NCBI GenBank assembly: GCA_964415885.1
Contig: CAYQCE010000023.1
Span: 33,950-52,385, forward strand
Origin: an uncultured Ignavibacteria bacterium
Lineage (GTDB): Bacteria > Zixibacteria > MSB-5A5 > JAABVY01 > JAHJOQ01
Reading direction: 5' to 3'
DNA: 18,436 nt
The notes beneath the pieces are model-generated. The model ran no database searches, was not told where the DNA came from, and saw only the letters and a program-made list of their open reading frames with translations. Shown here piece by piece: positions 15,273 through 18,436 of the stretch. Position numbers and translations under genes: made by a program. The stretch's first letter is position 1, and each line of letters begins with the position of its first letter.

Positions 15273-15992
15273 ATGGCGGCAAACAGCTATGAATTGACGA
15301 CCGGCCGATCTCTCGGATCTCATTACGAGGTGATCGACTTCATAGGGAGTGGGTGGGAAGGCGAGGTCTACAAAGTTCAGGAGCGTCATACGGGAATCAT
15401 CCGCGCGGCGAAAATATTCTATGAGGAACGATCCCGTCATGGAAAATCGCTGTTGCGGTATGCGCGCAAGCTCTACACGCTTCGATCCTGTCCGATAGTA
15501 ATTCAATATCATCATCGCGGGGTCACGAGAATCAGAGGGAAAAATGTCGAGTTCCTCGTCTCGGATTTCGTTGAAGGAGAGATACTGTCGTCATTCCTGA
15601 AAAGGCAGAAGAGAGGCTCGCTGCCATCGTTCGAGGCGCTCCACCTGATATACAGCCTGGCAGCCGGAGTGGAGGCGATTCACTTCCTCGGAGAATATCA
15701 CGGGGACATCCACTCGGACAATATCATGGTTCAGCGTCGCGGAATTGGCTTCGATTTGCATCTTGTAGATTTCTTCGACCTGGGCAGATCGACACGTGAC
15801 AAGGTACTGTTTGATGTCTACTGCCTGATACAGGTTTTTCACGAGACTCTCGGGGGCGCGAAAGGATACCGCAATGCACCCGACCCGATCAAGCAGATCA
15901 TTAAGGGCCGGAAACGAACGCTCCTCAAAAGAGAGTTCAAAAATGCAGGTGATATCCGTCTCGCGCTCGACAACCTGCAGTGGGAAACCTGA
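15273..15992 (+). CDS. small atypical protein kinase, RIO/Bud32/Kdo-kinase-like
   Basis: 239 aa. Gly-rich loop 'IGSGWEGEVYKV', Lys in 'AAKIF', catalytic loop 'YHGDIHSDNIMV' (compare RIO 'HGDLSEYNIL', Bud32 'HGDLTTSN'), metal-binding 'LVDFFDLG'. No activation-loop or C-lobe extensions of Hanks-type kinases. Confidence 0.75.
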   Translation: MAANSYELTTGRSLGSHYEVIDFIGSGWEGEVYKVQERHTGIIRAAKIFYEERSRHGKSLLRYARKLYTLRSCPIVIQYHHRGVTRIRGKNVEFLVSDFVEGEILSSFLKRQKRGSLPSFEALHLIYSLAAGVEAIHFLGEYHGDIHSDNIMVQRRGIGFDLHLVDFFDLGRSTRDKVLFDVYCLIQVFHETLGGAKGYRNAPDPIKQIIKGRKRTLLKREFKNAGDIRLALDNLQWET

Positions 15993-16004
15993 TCCCCGTC
16001 TGAT

Positions 16005-16034
16005 TTGACAATCCCGCAAGATCTCTCATATTAT
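16005..16034 (+). promoter_or_regulatory. candidate sigma-70-type promoter of the encapsulin operon
   Basis: TTGACA (16005-16010), then an 18-bp spacer, then TATTAT (16029-16034). This would give a ~130-nt 5' UTR before the EncFtn start at 16172. Confidence 0.45.
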
Positions 16035-16171
16035 CCCGATGAACCAACTGGACCAAATGCGGAGCACTGGTGTCCGGGATAAGTCAATAGCGCTTCGGAG
16101 GATAATGGAACATAAACCAGAAAGTCAGTGTTTACTTACAAATTGAGCAACAACATAATTGGGAAGGATTT

Positions 16172-16522
16172 GTGATGTCTGATTACCACGAACCAGTAGA
16201 CGAATTAGATAGCTCAACAAGGAACATAACTCGCGCTCTAACAAGTCTCAAGGAGGAAATCGAGGCCGTAATGTGGTACCACCAGCGGGTGGCTACCTGT
16301 GACGATGAGCAGCTCAGGAAGATTCTCGCTCACAATCGCGACGAGGAGATAGAGCACGCGGTCATGTCGATCGAATGGCTCAGGCGCAATATGGATAAAT
16401 GGGATGACGAACTGAAGACCTATCTCTTCACCGAAGGTGATATCACGAGTCTCGAAGACGAGGATGGCGGCGGAGACGGACCGGAAAGCTCCGACCTCGG
16501 AATCGGCAGTCTTAAGAAGTAG
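16172..16522 (+). CDS. encapsulated ferritin-like protein (EncFtn/Flp-type encapsulin cargo) with a C-terminal encapsulin targeting peptide
   Basis: 116 aa. ExxH-type ferritin-like motifs ('LKEEIEAVMWYHQRV', 'RDEEIEHAVMSIEWL'). A Gly/acidic linker followed by C-terminal 'SSDLGIGSLKK' matches the encapsulin cargo-loading peptide consensus (…LxIGSLK). Lies immediately upstream of the shell gene. Confidence 0.8.
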   Translation: MMSDYHEPVDELDSSTRNITRALTSLKEEIEAVMWYHQRVATCDDEQLRKILAHNRDEEIEHAVMSIEWLRRNMDKWDDELKTYLFTEGDITSLEDEDGGGDGPESSDLGIGSLKK

Positions 16523-16561
16523 AGATAGACCAGACTTCACTGAAAATGATAAGGAGATACA

Positions 16562-17365
16562 ATGGATATTCTGAAACGCTCTCTCGCCCCGATCACAGAG
16601 GAAGCCTGGGAGGAGATCGACGACACCGCGAAGGAGATGCTTCCATCTTTGCTCTCCGCAAGAAAGGTCGTCGATGTCGAAGGCCCGAAGGGACTCGATT
16701 TCCCGGCAGTCACTCTTGGCAGACTCGATCTTACGGAAAAGGAACCGATTGATGGTGTAAACTCCGGCGTGCATACCGTGCAGCCTCTGGTCGAATCCAG
16801 AGTCTCGTTCGAACTGAACATTTGGGAACTTGATAATATTATCAGAGGCGCCAAGGATATTGATCTCGATGCACTCGAGGACGCGGTCAAGAAGATGGCT
16901 CAGTTCGAAGAGCTTGTCGTCTATTCCGGATTCCCGAGCGGCAAAATCATCGGTATGAATTCCGCCGAGGCCCATTCACCGCTTGTTTTCAAGGATGACC
17001 CGAAAGACATCCTCGAGGCGGTTTCGGACGGTGTTACGGACTTCATGAAGGAATCCGTCAGCGGGCCGTACGCGCTCGTCGTAGGACCCAAAATATGGAA
17101 AGTGATCTCCAGCTACACCAAGGGCTACCCGCTGCCGAGACAGATAGAGCGCCTGATAAATGGAGATATCATCCTTAGCCCGTTCCTCGATGGCGCCTAT
17201 TTCGTCTCGCTACGAGGCGGAGATTTGATTTTGACACTCGGACAGGATATGTCGATCGGCTATCTGTCACACAGTGACGGCAAGGTGAAGCTGTTCGTCA
17301 CCGAGTCCTTCACATTTCAGATCGCCGATCCGGCAGCGGTTCGAAAGATTGATCTGAAAAAATAG
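16562..17365 (+). CDS. Family 1 encapsulin nanocompartment shell protein (HK97-fold; 'linocin M18' family)
   Basis: 267 aa. Collinear with Thermotoga maritima encapsulin as recalled: 'MDILKRSLAPITEEAWEEID' vs '[20 protein letters not shown]'; 'VDVEGP'; 'LNIWELDN'; 'GPYALVV'; 'LRGGDLILTLGQDMSIGY' vs 'ERGGDFKLILGQDLSIGY'; 'LFVTESFTFQ'. RBS AAGGAG upstream. Confidence 0.93.
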   Translation: MDILKRSLAPITEEAWEEIDDTAKEMLPSLLSARKVVDVEGPKGLDFPAVTLGRLDLTEKEPIDGVNSGVHTVQPLVESRVSFELNIWELDNIIRGAKDIDLDALEDAVKKMAQFEELVVYSGFPSGKIIGMNSAEAHSPLVFKDDPKDILEAVSDGVTDFMKESVSGPYALVVGPKIWKVISSYTKGYPLPRQIERLINGDIILSPFLDGAYFVSLRGGDLILTLGQDMSIGYLSHSDGKVKLFVTESFTFQIADPAAVRKIDLKK

Positions 17366-17389
17366 ACTCGCTGCAAATCAGATATTACT

Positions 17390-17427
17390 GAGGCGGAAAC
17401 AATCCGGTTTCCGCCTCTTTTATTTCT
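17390..17427. terminator. strong rho-independent terminator shared by the convergent encapsulin gene and the minus-strand gene
   Basis: GAGGCGGAAAC (17390-17400), loop AATCCG, GTTTCCGCCTC (17407-17417): perfect 11-bp stem followed by TTTTATTTCT. The minus-strand gene's stop (17429-17431) abuts it. Confidence 0.8.
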
Positions 17428-17428
17428 G

Positions 17429-17902
17429 TCAGGATTTTCCGCCCAGCTCGATTCCAGCCTCGGTGAGCTTGTCACGCAGTATCTTGCGCAACGATCCTCG
17501 ACCGGTGTAATGCACGAAAACAGCGTTCAAATTGTGCATCTCATATATCTTCTCTTTAGAGTGCGAACGATCGTTGTAGTACGGCATGTGAGTGAATCCA
17601 CATATCTCGAGAAAGAGGTCGTAGTCCGGCAGGTAGAAATCGGGCCGGAATTGACGCTCGCCGAGAAGAATCAGCGGCTCGTACTGAAAGCGGATATTGT
17701 GGAGATATAGGTAGTTAGCTGTTACTCTCTCGGCCTTCGAACGGACTTTCACACCGGATCTCGTTTCGAGATGCGTATCGTATTGCCGCTCCCGCTTCAA
17801 TCGAACACCCCGTCTCGGTCTCGGCATGGGCTTCCCGGTCTTTTTATATCTTTCGCGGCGACGCATACCAAACATGCTACGCAATCGACGGTTCATTCGC
17901 AA
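17429..17902 (-). CDS. Vsr/DUF559-like (PD-(D/E)XK fold) endonuclease-domain protein with an Arg/Lys-rich N-terminus
   Basis: 157 aa. '[23 protein letters not shown]…[26 protein letters not shown]' parallels E. coli Vsr 'TRSKNMRAIATRDTAIEKRLASLLTGQGLAFRVQDASLPGRPDFVVDEYRCVIFTHGCFWH' (shared RSK, RPDF and CGF-H elements). The track start is TTG 17902; an ATG lies at 17896. It is the only minus-strand gene in the window. Confidence 0.45.
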   Translation of the reverse strand: MRMNRRLRSMFGMRRRERYKKTGKPMPRPRRGVRLKRERQYDTHLETRSGVKVRSKAERVTANYLYLHNIRFQYEPLILLGERQFRPDFYLPDYDLFLEICGFTHMPYYNDRSHSKEKIYEMHNLNAVFVHYTGRGSLRKILRDKLTEAGIELGGKS

Positions 17903-17979
17903 TCACATAGCGACTCACCACGGAACGAATCCCCGTGCACATCGTTCTTATCGTTGAAACCTGAAGCGGAGGCAGAAAT

Positions 17980-18436
17980 AATGGCAAAAGCAACATTCGG
18001 AGCCGGGTGTTTCTGGCATCCGGAGGATACATTTCGCAAACTCGACGGCGTTACAGACACCGCAGTTGGGTTCGCCGGCGGATCGGTAGAGAACCCGTCT
18101 TATGAACAGGTCTGCCGAGGCGGCACCGGACATGCCGAGGTTGTTCATCTCGAATACGACCCGAGCGTTATCTCCTATGAGAAACTCCTCGATGTATTCT
18201 TCGAGATACACGACCCCACCCAGAAAGACCGTCAGGGACTGGATATCGGCAGACAATATCGCTCGGCTATCTTTTATCACAATGACGAGCAGAAACAGTC
18301 CGCCCTGAAGAAGGTCGAGGAGTTGGAGAAATCGATCGGCTCGAATCGCAAGGTAGTCACCGAAGTCTCACCACTATCTAAATTCTACCGCGCCGAGGAA
18401 TACCACCAGCAGTACCACGAGAAAAACAGCTGGGGA
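17980..18436 (+). CDS. msrA: peptide methionine-S-sulfoxide reductase MsrA, 3'-truncated by the window edge
   Basis: [61 protein letters not shown]…QYHEKN. Shows the 'GCFW' catalytic-Cys motif, 'GHAEVV…YDP' and 'QYRSAIFY'. RBS GGAGG (17967-17971) 8 nt before the ATG. Not in the ORF track because no stop codon falls inside the window. Confidence 0.9.

Noticed and set aside
16090-16120. Possible Fur box in the encapsulin leader (GATAATGGAACATAAAC)
   Set aside because: Only the first heptamer matches the 19-bp Fur consensus; the second half is essentially unmatched.
17948-18280. 110-aa minus-strand ORF at the window end
   Set aside because: Antisense to a clear msrA reading frame with canonical MsrA motifs.
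1-18436. Search for CRISPR arrays, tRNA/rRNA genes, IS elements or integrase genes
   Set aside because: No spaced direct repeats, no tRNA-like GTTC…CCA architecture in the larger intergenic regions, and no transposase/integrase-like ORFs were seen. The window appears to be chromosomal accessory/stress DNA without obvious mobile-element hallmarks.

Overview
This 18.4 kb window is gene-dense and almost entirely plus-strand (20 of 21 complete CDS; only one small Vsr-like ORF is on the minus strand). It looks like a bacterial general/oxidative-stress island from an organism I cannot identify. The order of content is as follows. The window opens with the 3' end of an Fpg/Nei-type DNA glycosylase (zinc ribbon only). 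Then come an aldo/keto reductase, a glyceraldehyde-3-phosphate dehydrogenase, an SDR oxidoreductase and a DUF72 protein. These are followed by a sigma-54 (NtrC-type) AAA+ activator whose N-terminal receiver domain has lost its phospho-acceptor Asp, a stand-alone CheY-like receiver, a SpoIIAA/STAS-like protein and an AI-2E-family transporter. Next is a block of classic stress proteins: a secreted protein with six BON domains, a small membrane protein, a CBS-pair protein, a DJ-1/PfpI protein and a second six-BON paralog. After that come a tandem PRC-barrel protein, a small coiled-coil protein, a 386-aa protein with clear similarity to the archaeo-eukaryotic eRF1/Pelota/Dom34 fold but lacking both NIKS and GGQ, and a small RIO/Bud32-like atypical protein kinase. 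The window ends with a Family-1 encapsulin operon (an EncFtn cargo carrying a C-terminal ...LGIGSLKK targeting peptide, then the HK97-fold shell protein), a convergent Vsr/DUF559-like endonuclease, and the 5' part of msrA. The most unusual element is the bacterial aeRF1/Pelota-like gene paired with the RIO-like kinase. I found no rRNA, tRNA, CRISPR array or obvious mobile element. Three intergenic regions carry related TGTG(A/T)A...TTCACA inverted-repeat motifs; two copies are identical at 13 of 18 positions and may be operators of an unidentified dimeric regulator.
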